A DNA stretch of 64,000 nt from an uncultured Chloroflexia bacterium (lineage in GTDB: Bacteria; Chloroflexota; Limnocylindria; QHBO01), in assembly GCA_963838125.1 (NCBI GenBank), contig CAWIPT010000007.1, positions 1,060,237 through 1,124,236 on the forward strand, read 5' to 3'. The notes below the pieces were generated by a model. The model was not told the origin of the DNA. It searched no databases and worked only from the letters and a program-made list of their open reading frames with translations. Every line of letters begins with the position of its first letter. The first letter of the stretch is position 1. Position numbers and translations under genes: made by a program. Positions 20,700-32,890 of this stretch are shown piece by piece.

Positions 20700-21653
20700 T
20701 CAACTGCCCGCAGGCGCGAGCAGTTCGGCGACTCGCAGCCGCGCGCTCCGCGCGCGGCGGTTTCGTGCCACCTCCGCCTCGGACGGACGAACGATCCGTC
20801 GCGAGATGAGCCGCACCCGAGCGAGATGGCCGCAGGTGCAGACCGGAGGGAGCGGGACCTCGAGGCAGTCGCGCGCTTCACGAGCCAGGAAGCGCTTCAC
20901 GACCCGGTCCTCGAGGGAGTGGTAGCTGATGACCGCCAGGCGGCCGCCCGGGCGCAGCACACGGAGCGCGGCCTCGAGCCCGGCCTCGAGCGCCTCGAGC
21001 TCGCGGTTGACCGCCATCCGGAGGGCCTGGAATGTCCTGGTGGCCGGGTGGATCCGTCCCACGTCGGCCCCCCTGGCCGGGACGGAAGCTGCCACCACGG
21101 CCGCCAGGTCCGAGGCCGTCACGAGACGGCCCTGCGCACGCGCCGCCAGGATCGCCTTCGCGATGCGGCCTGCACGGCGTTCTTCACCAAGCGTCGCGAT
21201 GATTCGGGCGAGCTCTCGCTCCGAGGAGCGGTCGATGAGCTCGAGAGCCGAAACACCACTCGTTTCATCGAATCTCATGTCCGGCGGCGCGTCCGCCGTG
21301 AAGGCGAAGCCGCGCCGCGCATCGGCCAGCTGGTAGCTGGACAGGCCAAGGTCGAACAGCACGCCGTCGAGGGGAATGAGGCCCTCGTCGTGCGCCACAT
21401 CCTCGAGACGGCTGAAGTTCGCGTGCCGAAGGATGGCCCGCCCGCCGAAGCGGGCCAGGTTGCGAGACGCCTCGCGGACGGCCGCCGCATCGGCATCGAG
21501 GCCGAGGAGGCGGCCGTCCGGAGACACGGCCTCCAAAAGCCGCTCGGCGTGCCCACCGCCACCGACCGTGCAATCCGCGATGGAGCTGCCGGCACGGAGG
21601 GCCAACGAGGCAAGAACCTCGTCGACGAGAACCGGCAGATGCCCTTCTCCCAT
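20700..21653 (-). CDS. rsmH: 16S rRNA (cytosine1402-N4)-methyltransferase
   Basis: 317 aa from ATG 21653 (MGEGHLPVLVDEVL...); SAM motif DCTVGGGGH. The longer ORF (to 22040) is upstream read-through in a GC-rich frame. Confidence 0.9.
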   Translation of the reverse strand: MGEGHLPVLVDEVLASLALRAGSSIADCTVGGGGHAERLLEAVSPDGRLLGLDADAAAVREASRNLARFGGRAILRHANFSRLEDVAHDEGLIPLDGVLFDLGLSSYQLADARRGFAFTADAPPDMRFDETSGVSALELIDRSSERELARIIATLGEERRAGRIAKAILAARAQGRLVTASDLAAVVAASVPARGADVGRIHPATRTFQALRMAVNRELEALEAGLEAALRVLRPGGRLAVISYHSLEDRVVKRFLAREARDCLEVPLPPVCTCGHLARVRLISRRIVRPSEAEVARNRRARSARLRVAELLAPAGS

Positions 21654-21745
21654 GCGTGACTGTCCCTCGAGGGTCCGGTGACGGGCCGAGCGGCCCGGAG
21701 ACGCATCAATGGCCCGGTCGTGACGTGCGTCATGGCGCCACGGGC

Positions 21746-22195
21746 CTAGATCCCCAGGTCCTGCAACTGCTCCGCCAGTGCCTCCGGTTCGTTCTCCATC
21801 CGACCGCGGTACGGCTCCCAGGCAGACGGTGTCCAGATCTCGAGCCGGTTCAGGGCGCCGACGACGACGACCTCCCCCGTTTCGAGGCCGGCATAGGTGC
21901 GGAGGTACTGCGGGACAAGGAGGCGACCCTGTTTGTCGAGCTCCGCCTCGACGGCCCCCGACGCCATGAACCTGGCGAACTGGCGCGCCTGCGGGTTGGT
22001 CAACGGGAGGGCCCGCAGCTTCTCGGCCAGCTCCTCCCACGCGTCACGGGGATAGACGGCGATGCAGGTATCCAGCCAGCGGGTAATGGTGGCTCCCGCC
22101 GAAAGGCGTGGCCGGAAGCGCGCCGGGACCGCGACTCGGCCGCGGTCATCCAGCGCGTGGCGATACTCGCCGGTCAGGAACGGGGTCCTCTCCAA
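21746..22195 (-). CDS. mraZ: transcriptional regulator MraZ
   Basis: 149 aa; two MraZ repeats (LDDRGRVAVPARFR / LDKQGRLLVPQYLR); first gene of the dcw cluster; listed start is TTG. Confidence 0.9.
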   Translation of the reverse strand: MERTPFLTGEYRHALDDRGRVAVPARFRPRLSAGATITRWLDTCIAVYPRDAWEELAEKLRALPLTNPQARQFARFMASGAVEAELDKQGRLLVPQYLRTYAGLETGEVVVVGALNRLEIWTPSAWEPYRGRMENEPEALAEQLQDLGI

Positions 22196-22201
22196 TCAAA
22201 T

Positions 22202-22231
22202 CCCCTACCACTGTTCCCCATTTGACCCCAC
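22202..22231 (-). promoter_or_regulatory. direct TGGGG/AGGGG repeats at 11-14 bp spacing in the mraZ 5' leader (candidate MraZ boxes)
   Basis: minus strand reads AAAGTGGGGTCAAATGGGGAACAGTGGTAGGGG between the predicted -10 and the mraZ start. Confidence 0.35.
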
Positions 22232-22249
22232 TTTGGGCCACAGGGCGCC

Positions 22250-22277
22250 ATCTTACAGGGCACAGCGACCCCGTCAA
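22250..22277 (-). promoter_or_regulatory. sigma70-like promoter upstream of mraZ (Pmra candidate): -35 TTGACG, 16-nt spacer, -10 TAAGAT
   Basis: minus-strand TTGACG at 22277-22272 and TAAGAT at 22255-22250; about 55 nt upstream of the mraZ start. Confidence 0.4.
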
Positions 22278-22324
22278 GGTCAATTTCGCGGGAATCCGCG
22301 GGCCGGCGCGAGGGCTCGTCGGCG

Positions 22325-22379
22325 GGTCAGGCGGGCGGTCAGGCGGGGCGGTCAGGCGGGCGATGGCCCGCCGGTCAGG
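22325..22379. repeat. tandem direct repeats GGTCAGGCGGG(G)C x3 plus a fourth GGTCAGGT, period 12-13 bp
   Basis: gggtcaggcgggcggtcaggcggggcggtcaggcgggc ... ccggtcaggtc. Lies 130-185 nt upstream of the mraZ start and overlaps the 3' end of the upstream ORF. Confidence 0.6.
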
Positions 22380-23310
22380 TCTGGCTGGGCGGGATTACGG
22401 CGTACCGCAACGAGCCGTCCGGCCCGCGGTACACCTCCCGGATGACGGAACAGGCCGGACTCGCCGCGAATGTACGACCAGCCCGACACCTCTCCCTCGA
22501 GCACGCGCCAGTGCAGCAGGCCGTTGTCGGCTTCGACCCGATCGACGGGCGCCTGGCTCACCGCGTCGAAGAAGACGCGGTTCTGATCAATCACCTCCCC
22601 TGCGTCATTGACGCGAAAGATCTGGTTCGTGCCCGGGGCCACGGTCACCTCCCACCCGATGAATTCGTCGCCCGGTGCTGGGGTCGGATCCGGAGTGGCA
22701 CTGGGGAGGGCCGATTCGATGGCCGACTCGGATGGCTCCGCGCTCGGGCGTCACGGACGGCATGCGGGGTTGGCGTCGGATTCGTGGCCACCGCACCCGG
22801 GCCGCCGAGGAACCACCAGGCCGCCCCGCCGCCGACCAGCAGGAGCAGCACCAGGAGCACGACGGCCCATCGGCGACGGTCGCCGCCATCGGAGGGCGGC
22901 GCGGCGACCGGCCTGGGCGGGGGTGGTGGCGGGACGCGCTGCGGCGGCCGGCGCAGGGCCTCGAGCTCGTCGGTCGGGATGACCAGCACGCCGCGCAGGT
23001 AGCGCGGGCAGTTGGCGTAGCCGCGCTGGAGGCACACGTTCCGCTGCTGGTCGCCGGACACCGGCTCGGGTTCGCCAAAGGCATAGCAGCGGTGCTCGTC
23101 AGTGGCCTGGGGGTCGTAGTCCGCGCGGGCAGCGGCCAGCCCCAGGAACGGGCACACCGTTTCGGGGCGCAGGGCCAGCTTCTCGAACAGCGCCTGCCGC
23201 TCGGCGTCGGCCGTTGACGGCGGAGGCGTGCTGCCTCGCCTGAACATGCCTCCGAGGATAGCGCCCCGACCCGCGTCGCTCGACCCGGTCGAGCGAGCCG
23301 TTCGGGCCAT
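22352..23310 (-). CDS. hypothetical membrane protein: N-terminal Cys-rich (zinc-ribbon-like) cytoplasmic domain, Pro-rich linker, single TM, Pro/Thr-rich linker, extracytoplasmic domain; frame discontinuity near 22745-22760
   Basis: ORF 22645..23310 carries CPFLG..HRCYAFG..CLQRGYANCPRY plus TM WAVVLLVLLLLVGGGAAWWFLGG. The frame of ORF 22352..22648 is open and protein-like upstream of its listed start (…PSATPDPTPAPGDEFIGWEVTVAPGTNQIFRVNDAGEV…). This suggests one gene split by an indel. Confidence 0.5.
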
Positions 23311-23364
23311 GGTACGAACGCGCCATTGAGCATCCCCCTATTGGCCGCGCAGGCTCGTGATCTC

Positions 23365-23601
23365 ATGGCGGTCGAACGCATCGCCGCGCCGCAACGGACT
23401 CCGATTCCTCGCGCCGGACAGATCCGTCGCTGCAGCGTACGGCACGTGGCCATCACGCCGGTCCCCGGCGGTCGCGAGGTGCAGGTCAGCTGCCTGCTCG
23501 GCGGACGCGACTACCCGCTCCCCCTCGGCTCCTTTGCCGAAGCCAGGCCCATCTGCAACGCGTGCACGGCCAAGGGCATCTGGCGGGCCGACGAGGACTG
23601 A
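23365..23601 (+). CDS. hypothetical small Cys/His-containing protein (about 78 aa)
   Basis: MAVERIAAPQ...RRCSVRHV...VSCLLGG...PICNACTAKGIW; strong GC3 codon bias consistent with coding; no recognisable family. Confidence 0.35.
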   Translation: MAVERIAAPQRTPIPRAGQIRRCSVRHVAITPVPGGREVQVSCLLGGRDYPLPLGSFAEARPICNACTAKGIWRADED

Positions 23602-23620
23602 GCCTCCCCGCCGCCGAACG

Positions 23621-23938
23621 TCCCTGGAGCGCGGCCTGTAAGCCGAGTTCTGTCCCGGACCGAGGTCCGGGGACGGCCATCCATCTGGGCGACCTACCCG
23701 AGGGCTGAGCGAGCCACCTGCCGCGGCCCGAAGGCCGCTGCGCCCTCCTATTCGGTCTTGCTCCGGCTCGAGCTTGCCCGTTTCACTCCCGCTTGCGCGG
23801 GCATCGTCACTGTGGCGCTGGTCCTCGCCTCACGGCGGACGGGTGTTACCCGCGAGCCTGCTCTATGGAGCTCGGACTTTCCTCGAACGCCGCCTTTCGG
23901 CGATCGCGTCCGCGGCCGTCCGGCCGCCTCCAGGGAGA
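23621..23938 (-). ncRNA. rnpB: RNase P RNA, bacterial type A, compact (about 318 nt)
   Basis: minus strand contains GAGGAAAGUCCGAGCUCCAUAGAGCAGG (P4 5' strand), GGGUAACACCCG, AGUGAAACGGGCAAG, CCGGAGCAAGACCGAAUAGGAGGG, and the 3' ACAGAACUCGGCUUACAGGCC (P4 3' strand). P1 pairs UCCCUGGAGGCGGCC with GGCCGCGCUCCAGGGA. Confidence 0.85.
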
Positions 23939-23944
23939 TCGAGT

Positions 23945-24352
23945 CTAGACCGATCCCGGGCGCTCGTCGATCGCCACGTTGCTGAGCCGATCGGCGTCGA
24001 GGTTCCGCTCCCTCGGGACGTGGCCGACGGTATAGGCGGAGAAGGCGCGCAGCAGGTCCATGACCCGGGCGTGAATCGGCTTGAGGTCGGGATGCTTGAC
24101 CCGGTATCGACCGGTGATCTGGCGGGCGACCAGCTCCGAATCGGTCCGCAGGTCAACGGTCGTGGCTCCCAGCTCACGCGCGCGGAGAAGGGCGAGCTCC
24201 ACGGCCGTCCACTCCGCGTAGTTGTTGGTCCGGACCCCGAGGAACTCGGCGATTTCGGCCACGGTGTCCCCCGATTCGGCGTCGCGCAGGATCGCACCCG
24301 CGCCCGACGGGCCGGGATTTCCGCGCGCGGCGCCATCGGTATGGATCAGGAG
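23945..24352 (-). CDS. rnhA: ribonuclease HI
   Basis: C-terminal about 135 aa of ORF 23945..24937: LLIHTDGAARGNPGPSGAG...NNYAEWTAVELAL...DSELVARQ. Start placed at TTG/CTG with GAGG 6 nt upstream, so exact start is uncertain. Follows sdhB. Confidence 0.8.
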   Translation of the reverse strand, partial: LLIHTDGAARGNPGPSGAGAILRDAESGDTVAEIAEFLGVRTNNYAEWTAVELALLRARELGATTVDLRTDSELVARQITGRYRVKHPDLKPIHARVMDLLRAFSAYTVGHVPRERNLDADRLSNVAIDERPGSV

Positions 24353-24357
24353 GCGCC

Positions 24358-25059
24358 TCAAGCGGGTCGATCCTCGATGGCCTGGGTCACCTCGAGGATG
24401 GCGCGCGTGACGTTGATCCCCCGGGGGCAGGCCTCGACACAGTTGAAGACGGTGCGACATCGCCAGACACCGTCGGCGTCGGCCATCAGCTCCAGCCGCT
24501 CGGCGTGTGCGGTGTCGCGGCTGTCGAAGATGAACCGATGCGCGTTCACGATGGCGGCCGGGCCGACGTAATCCGGGTTGGTCCAGAACACCGGGCAGGC
24601 GGTGGTGCAGGCCGCGCACAGGATGCAGCGACTGGTGTCCTCGTACTTCGCCCGGTCGAACGGTGACTGACGACGCTCGAGGCCGTCTTCCGGGATCTCG
24701 TCGTTGACGAGGTAGGGCATGGCGTTGCGGTATTTGGCCCAGAACTCCTCCTGGTCGACGAGGAGGTCCTTGACCACCGGCAGCCCGCGCATCGGCTCGA
24801 CCGTGATCGTCTTCCCCGCCTCGCGTACGAGCGTCGCGCAGGCGAGCCGGTTGCGTCCGTTGATGAGCATCGCGTCCGAGCCGCACACGCCGTGGGCGCA
24901 CGACCGTCGGAAGGTCAGCGTCCCGTCCTGGTACCACTTCACCTGGTGAAGGAGGTCGAGCACCCGGTCGGTCGGATCCGCCTCCAGGTCGTATGACTCC
25001 CAGTGCGAGCCCTCCCCCGACTCGGGGTTGTAGCGGAGGATCCGGAGCTCGATGTGCAT
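24358..25059 (-). CDS. sdhB: succinate dehydrogenase / fumarate reductase iron-sulfur subunit
   Basis: 2Fe-2S (CAHGVCGSDAMLING), 4Fe-4S (CILCAACTTACP) and 3Fe-4S (CRTVFNCVEACP) cysteine motifs. Confidence 0.95.
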   Translation of the reverse strand: MHIELRILRYNPESGEGSHWESYDLEADPTDRVLDLLHQVKWYQDGTLTFRRSCAHGVCGSDAMLINGRNRLACATLVREAGKTITVEPMRGLPVVKDLLVDQEEFWAKYRNAMPYLVNDEIPEDGLERRQSPFDRAKYEDTSRCILCAACTTACPVFWTNPDYVGPAAIVNAHRFIFDSRDTAHAERLELMADADGVWRCRTVFNCVEACPRGINVTRAILEVTQAIEDRPA

Positions 25060-25062
25060 CGG

Positions 25063-26849
<1,787 letters not shown>

Positions 26850-26853
<4 letters not shown>

Positions 26854-27266
26854 GGCGCGGGATTGAAGAAGATGACGACCATGAGCCCCAGCAGGAGCCA
26901 GAGGACGGCGACGATGCCGAGCCCGGCGATGAGCAGGGCGCGGATGCCGCCACGGGGCACGAGATCGGTGATCACCACCCGGGCGCCGTTCACGCCGTGC
27001 ACCAGGGCGAGGACCAGGAGCAGCGCATCGTAGATCCGCCAGAACGGGGTTCCCCACCGGCTGGTGACGAAGGCGAAGTTCACCTCCTGACCGGCCAGCT
27101 GGACCAGGACATGCATGATCAGCATGTGGCCCAGGGCCAGGATGACGAGGGCCAGTCCACTGAGGCGCATGAACCACCACCAGAACCACTCACGGCCGGT
27201 GCCCTCCGGGGGACGGCTGCGTGGGGTCGGGGGGTTCCCGAGCCAGACGGTGCGGCCCACGCTCAT
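26850..27266 (-). CDS. sdhD: succinate dehydrogenase hydrophobic membrane anchor subunit
   Basis: about 138 aa from ATG 27266 with GGAG 10 nt upstream; three TM segments; stop overlaps the sdhA start. Confidence 0.75.
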
Positions 27267-27282
27267 GCCCGCAACTCCGGGC

Positions 27283-27681
27283 TCACCACGGCGCGAACGG
27301 AGCAAACATCACTAGAGCCAGCGGGACCATGGAGACGACCGTGGCCGTGATGACCCCGTAGGTCAGCGGTCGGTACCAGGCGGTGGCAGCCGGCACGAAG
27401 TCGATGAGGATCACCTTCAGGCCGTTGAGCGAGTGATACACGAGCGCCGCCATGAGCAGGATCTCGAGAGCGCGGATGACCGGGTTCCGGAACAAGCCAA
27501 GGGTGGTGTCGTACACCTCGGGCCCGAGCAGGACGGTCGAGGTCTCGACGATGTGCAGGAACAGGTAGAGCAGGACCCCGATCCCCGATAGCCGGTGCCC
27601 GAACCACGCCAGCTGCGCCCAACTGACCCGGTAGCGCAGGAACCGTGACTGGGCCTGGCCCACCCACCCCGAGAGGGTCAT
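27283..27681 (-). CDS. sdhC: succinate dehydrogenase cytochrome b556 subunit
   Basis: 132 aa, three TM segments; heme-ligand His context LYLFLHIVE; first gene of sdhCDAB. Confidence 0.8.
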   Translation of the reverse strand: MTLSGWVGQAQSRFLRYRVSWAQLAWFGHRLSGIGVLLYLFLHIVETSTVLLGPEVYDTTLGLFRNPVIRALEILLMAALVYHSLNGLKVILIDFVPAATAWYRPLTYGVITATVVSMVPLALVMFAPFAPW

Positions 27682-28703
27682 ACCGATGCCCCGCGCAGGG
27701 CGCGGACCCGCCCAGCCACGGCCTTCCCGTACGCCCGCGTGCCCGTCTTGCCGCCGAGGTCGGCGGTCACCTTTGCTCCCTCGCCGATGATCTCACGGAC
27801 GGCCGTTTCGACCGTCGCGCCCGCATCGGTCTCGCCGATGTGCCGCAGGAGCAGCGCGCCGGACAGGATGAGGGCGGTGGGATTGGCGCGGTCCTGCCCT
27901 GCGTACTTCGGCGCGGATCCGTGGACCGCCTCGAACACCGCCGCCTGCTCGCCGATGTTCGCGCCCGGCGCGATGCCCAGGCCGCCGACCAGCCCGGCGG
28001 CCAGGTCGCTGATGATGTCGCCGTACAGGTTGGGTGCGACGAGGACGTCGTAGGTTTCCGGCTTCTGGACGAGCTGCATGCACATGTTGTCGACGATCCG
28101 GTCCTGGAACCCGATCCGCCCCTCGTAGTCGGCGGCCACCGTCCGGCAGCACTCGAGGAACAGGCCGTCGGTCAGCTTCATGATGTTCGCCTTGTGGATG
28201 GCGGTCACCATCTGCCTGCCGTTGGCCACCGCGTACTCGAACGCGTAGCGGGCGATCCGCATCGAGGCGCCGCGGGTGATGACCTTGATGCTCTCCGCCT
28301 CGTCGTCGCTGATCGATCGCTCGATCCCCGCGTACAGGTCCTCGGTGTTCTCCCGGACGATCACCAGGTCGACGTCGGAGTAGCGGGACTCGACGCCCTG
28401 GATGCTCCGTGCGGGGCGGACGTTGGCGTACAGGTTCAGGGCCTGGCGGAGGGCCACGTTCACGCTGCGGAACCCGGTGCCGACCGGGGTCGTGATCGGC
28501 CCCTTGAGGGCCACCCGCGTGCGGCGAATGGACTCGAGGACGCGGTCCGGGAGCGGGGTCCCCTCGCTGGCGATGGTCGCTTCACCCGCAGTCTGCTCGT
28601 CCCACGCGAAGCCGAGCCCTGTGGCCTCCAGGACCTCCCGGGCAGCAGCCGCGATCTCCGGCCCGATGCCGTCGCCAGGGATGAGGGTCACCTCGAGGGT
28701 CAC
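27678..28703 (-). CDS. icd: isocitrate/homoisocitrate dehydrogenase, NAD(P)-dependent, small beta-decarboxylating dehydrogenase type
   Basis: 341 aa from GTG 28703 (VTLEVTLIPGDGIGPEI); signature ALKGPITTPVGTGFRSVNVALRQ; N/D-Y-D motif region. Confidence 0.8.
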   Translation of the reverse strand: MTLEVTLIPGDGIGPEIAAAAREVLEATGLGFAWDEQTAGEATIASEGTPLPDRVLESIRRTRVALKGPITTPVGTGFRSVNVALRQALNLYANVRPARSIQGVESRYSDVDLVIVRENTEDLYAGIERSISDDEAESIKVITRGASMRIARYAFEYAVANGRQMVTAIHKANIMKLTDGLFLECCRTVAADYEGRIGFQDRIVDNMCMQLVQKPETYDVLVAPNLYGDIISDLAAGLVGGLGIAPGANIGEQAAVFEAVHGSAPKYAGQDRANPTALILSGALLLRHIGETDAGATVETAVREIIGEGAKVTADLGGKTGTRAYGKAVAGRVRALRGASV

Positions 28704-28776
28704 GGCCCAAGTGTAGGCAGCCGCGCCGCGCCCGGTGGCCGGTCGGCCACCGGGCCGGGTCAGGTACGCTCGGGGC

Positions 28777-29922
28777 GTGAAGCTCCAGGAGTTCCGCAGC
28801 CGCGAGATCCTCGCCGGCCACGGCGTCCCAACCCTCCAGGGTGAGGTGGCGACGACCCCCGAGCAGGCGCGCCAGGCTGCTACGCGCATCGGCAGGCCGG
28901 TGGTGGTCAAGGCCCAGGTCCTGGCCGGCGGCCGGGGAAAGGCCGGCGGCGTGAAGCTGGCGGCCACCCCGGAGGAGGCCGAGGCCCGGGCCGCCGACAT
29001 CCTGGGCCTGGTCATCGGCGGCTCGGTGGTCCACGCCCTGTTCATCGTGCCCGCGGTCGACATCGCCCACGAGTACTACCTCGCCGTCGTCCTCGACCGG
29101 GCAGCCAAGGCGGTGGTCGTCATCGCCAGCGCCGAAGGCGGGGTCGAGATCGAGGAGGTCGCCCACGCCAATCCCGAGGCCGTCCTTCGCCACCCGCTGG
29201 ACCCCCTGGCCGGGCTCCGGCCCGCCGACATCGAGGCGGTCACCGCGTTCCTCGCCATCCCCGAGGTCCATCGGTCAGCCTTCCACGCCCTGATGGAGGG
29301 CCTGGTCGCCGCCTTCTTCGGGACCGATGCCGAGCTGGCCGAGATCAACCCCATGGCCGTGACCGGGGACGGCCGCCTGCTGGCACTGGACGCGAAGATG
29401 GTGGTGGACGACTCGGCGCTCCCCCGCCATCCCGACGTCGAGGTCATGCGCGACCTGGCCGAGGAGGAGCCGGCCGAGATTGCCGCGCGGGCGGCGGGCA
29501 TCAGCTACATCAAGCTGGACGGCACCATCGGCTGCATGGTGAACGGCGCAGGCCTGGCCATGACCACCATGGACCTGGTGAAGCTGGCGGGCGGAGAGCC
29601 GGCGAACTTCCTCGACATCGGCGGCGGGGCGCGCCACGAGCGGGTGGCGGCGGCCTTCGGCATCATCCTCGCCGACCCGAACGTGCGCGCGGTGCTCATC
29701 AACATCTTCGGCGGGATCACCCGCGGCGACGAGGTGGCCCACGGCATCGTCGAGGCCCGGGCGGGGCTGCATCGCGAGGTGCCGATGGTGGTCCGCATCG
29801 TGGGCACCAACGCCGACGAGGCGGCCCTCATCCTGGAGCAGGCCAACCTCCAGATCGCGTACAGCCTGGACGAGGCCGCCGAGCTGGCCGTCGCCGCCGC
29901 CGGGACCATGGGCGACCGATGA
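28777..29922 (+). CDS. sucC: succinyl-CoA synthetase beta subunit
   Basis: starts [18 protein letters not shown] at GTG 28777; ATP-grasp SCS-beta sequence; C-terminal ligase-CoA domain. Confidence 0.9.
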   Translation: MKLQEFRSREILAGHGVPTLQGEVATTPEQARQAATRIGRPVVVKAQVLAGGRGKAGGVKLAATPEEAEARAADILGLVIGGSVVHALFIVPAVDIAHEYYLAVVLDRAAKAVVVIASAEGGVEIEEVAHANPEAVLRHPLDPLAGLRPADIEAVTAFLAIPEVHRSAFHALMEGLVAAFFGTDAELAEINPMAVTGDGRLLALDAKMVVDDSALPRHPDVEVMRDLAEEEPAEIAARAAGISYIKLDGTIGCMVNGAGLAMTTMDLVKLAGGEPANFLDIGGGARHERVAAAFGIILADPNVRAVLINIFGGITRGDEVAHGIVEARAGLHREVPMVVRIVGTNADEAALILEQANLQIAYSLDEAAELAVAAAGTMGDR

Positions 29923-30794
29923 GCATCCTCGTCAACCAGGACACCCGCCTCCTGATCCAGGGCATCACCGGCCGGGAAGGCCAGTTCCACGGCCAGGCCA
30001 TGCTCGACTATGGGACGCCGGTCGTGTCCGGGGTGACGCCCGGCAAGGGCGGGCAGCGGACGTTCAACGGCCGGATCCCGGTCTTCGACACCGTGGCCGA
30101 GGCCATCCGCGAGACGGGGGCCAACACCAGCGTGATCTACGTCCCCGCCCCGTTCGCCCCGGACGCGATGTTCGAAGCCGCCTCCGCTGGCATCGATCTC
30201 ATCTTCTGCATCACCGAGGGCATCCCCGCCCTCGACATGCTGCGCGTGTACCACACCCTTCGCGGGCAGGGTGTCGGGCTGGTCGGTCCGAACTGCCCGG
30301 GCGCCACGTCCGTCGGGCAGGCGAAGGTCGGGATCATTCCGGGCAACATCCATCGTCGCGGACGGGTGGGCGTGGTCAGCCGTTCCGGCACCCTGACGTA
30401 CGAGGTCGTGCAGGCCCTGACCGATGAGGGCATCGGTCAGTCCACGTGCGTCGGGATCGGTGGCGACCCGATCGTGGGCACCAACTTCATCGAGGTCCTC
30501 GACCTGTTCGAGGCGGATCCCGATACCGAGGCGGTGGTCCTCATCGGCGAGATCGGCGGCGACGAGGAGGAGCGCGCGGCGGCGCACATCGCGGAGCACC
30601 TGTCCAAGCCGGTGACCGCGTTCATCGCCGGCCGGACCGCGCCGCCGGGCCGGCGAATGGGCCACGCGGGGGCCATCATCTCCGGCGGGGCCGGCACCGC
30701 CGAGTCGAAGCGCGAGGCGCTCCGCCAGGCCGGCGTCCGGGTCGCGGACTCTCCCCTCCAGATCCCTGCCCTGCTGCGGGGGCCGGTGGGCTAA
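29919..30794 (+). CDS. sucD: succinyl-CoA synthetase alpha subunit
   Basis: [11 protein letters not shown], phospho-His loop [10 protein letters not shown]; ATGA overlap with sucC. Confidence 0.95.
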   Translation: MSILVNQDTRLLIQGITGREGQFHGQAMLDYGTPVVSGVTPGKGGQRTFNGRIPVFDTVAEAIRETGANTSVIYVPAPFAPDAMFEAASAGIDLIFCITEGIPALDMLRVYHTLRGQGVGLVGPNCPGATSVGQAKVGIIPGNIHRRGRVGVVSRSGTLTYEVVQALTDEGIGQSTCVGIGGDPIVGTNFIEVLDLFEADPDTEAVVLIGEIGGDEEERAAAHIAEHLSKPVTAFIAGRTAPPGRRMGHAGAIISGGAGTAESKREALRQAGVRVADSPLQIPALLRGPVG

Positions 30795-31242
30795 GGCGCC
30801 TCGTCCCCGGCGGTCCCGTCGCGCTCGAGGAGCTCCCACAGGACCCCGTTCAGGGTCCGCGGGTGGACGAAGGCAACAGCCCCTTCGGCCCCCGGCCGGG
30901 GCGCATGGTCGATGAGCTCGGCGCCGGCGTCCTCCAGGCGCGCCAGCTCGGCGCCGAGGTCGGTGGTGCCGAAGCACACGTGATGGAGCCCCTCGCCCCG
31001 CGACGCAAGGAAGCGGGCAACCCCACTCTCGCTGTCGGTGGGCTGGATGAGCTCGATCCGCGCCGCCGGTTCAGGCCCGGTGGCCAAGAAGCAGAGGCGG
31101 ACGGCCTGGGCGGTGATGGTCTGCACCCCGTCAGACGCGGTCAGCCCGAAGAGCATGCGGTAGCGAGGCAACGCCTCGTCGATGTCGCGGACGACCACGG
31201 CGACGTGATCGATTGGTCCCAGGCCGGCGGTGGTGTTCTCGC

Positions 31243-31246
<4 letters not shown>
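30791..31246 (-). CDS. mce: methylmalonyl-CoA epimerase (VOC/glyoxalase fold)
   Basis: 151 aa; [14 protein letters not shown]...GEGLHHVCF; adjacent to the mutase. Confidence 0.8.
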
Positions 31247-32880
<1,634 letters not shown>

Positions 32881-32890
32881 GTGTCCGATT

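Noticed and set aside
22062-22611. Plus-strand ORFs across the mraZ promoter region (22062..22445, 22108..22611)
   Set aside because: Overlap the mraZ 5' end and promoter; composition not protein-like.
23758-24571. ORFs overlapping the RNase P RNA locus (23758..23985+, 23774..24571+, 23863..24336-)
   Set aside because: The region is occupied by rnpB and rnhA; translations are junk-like.
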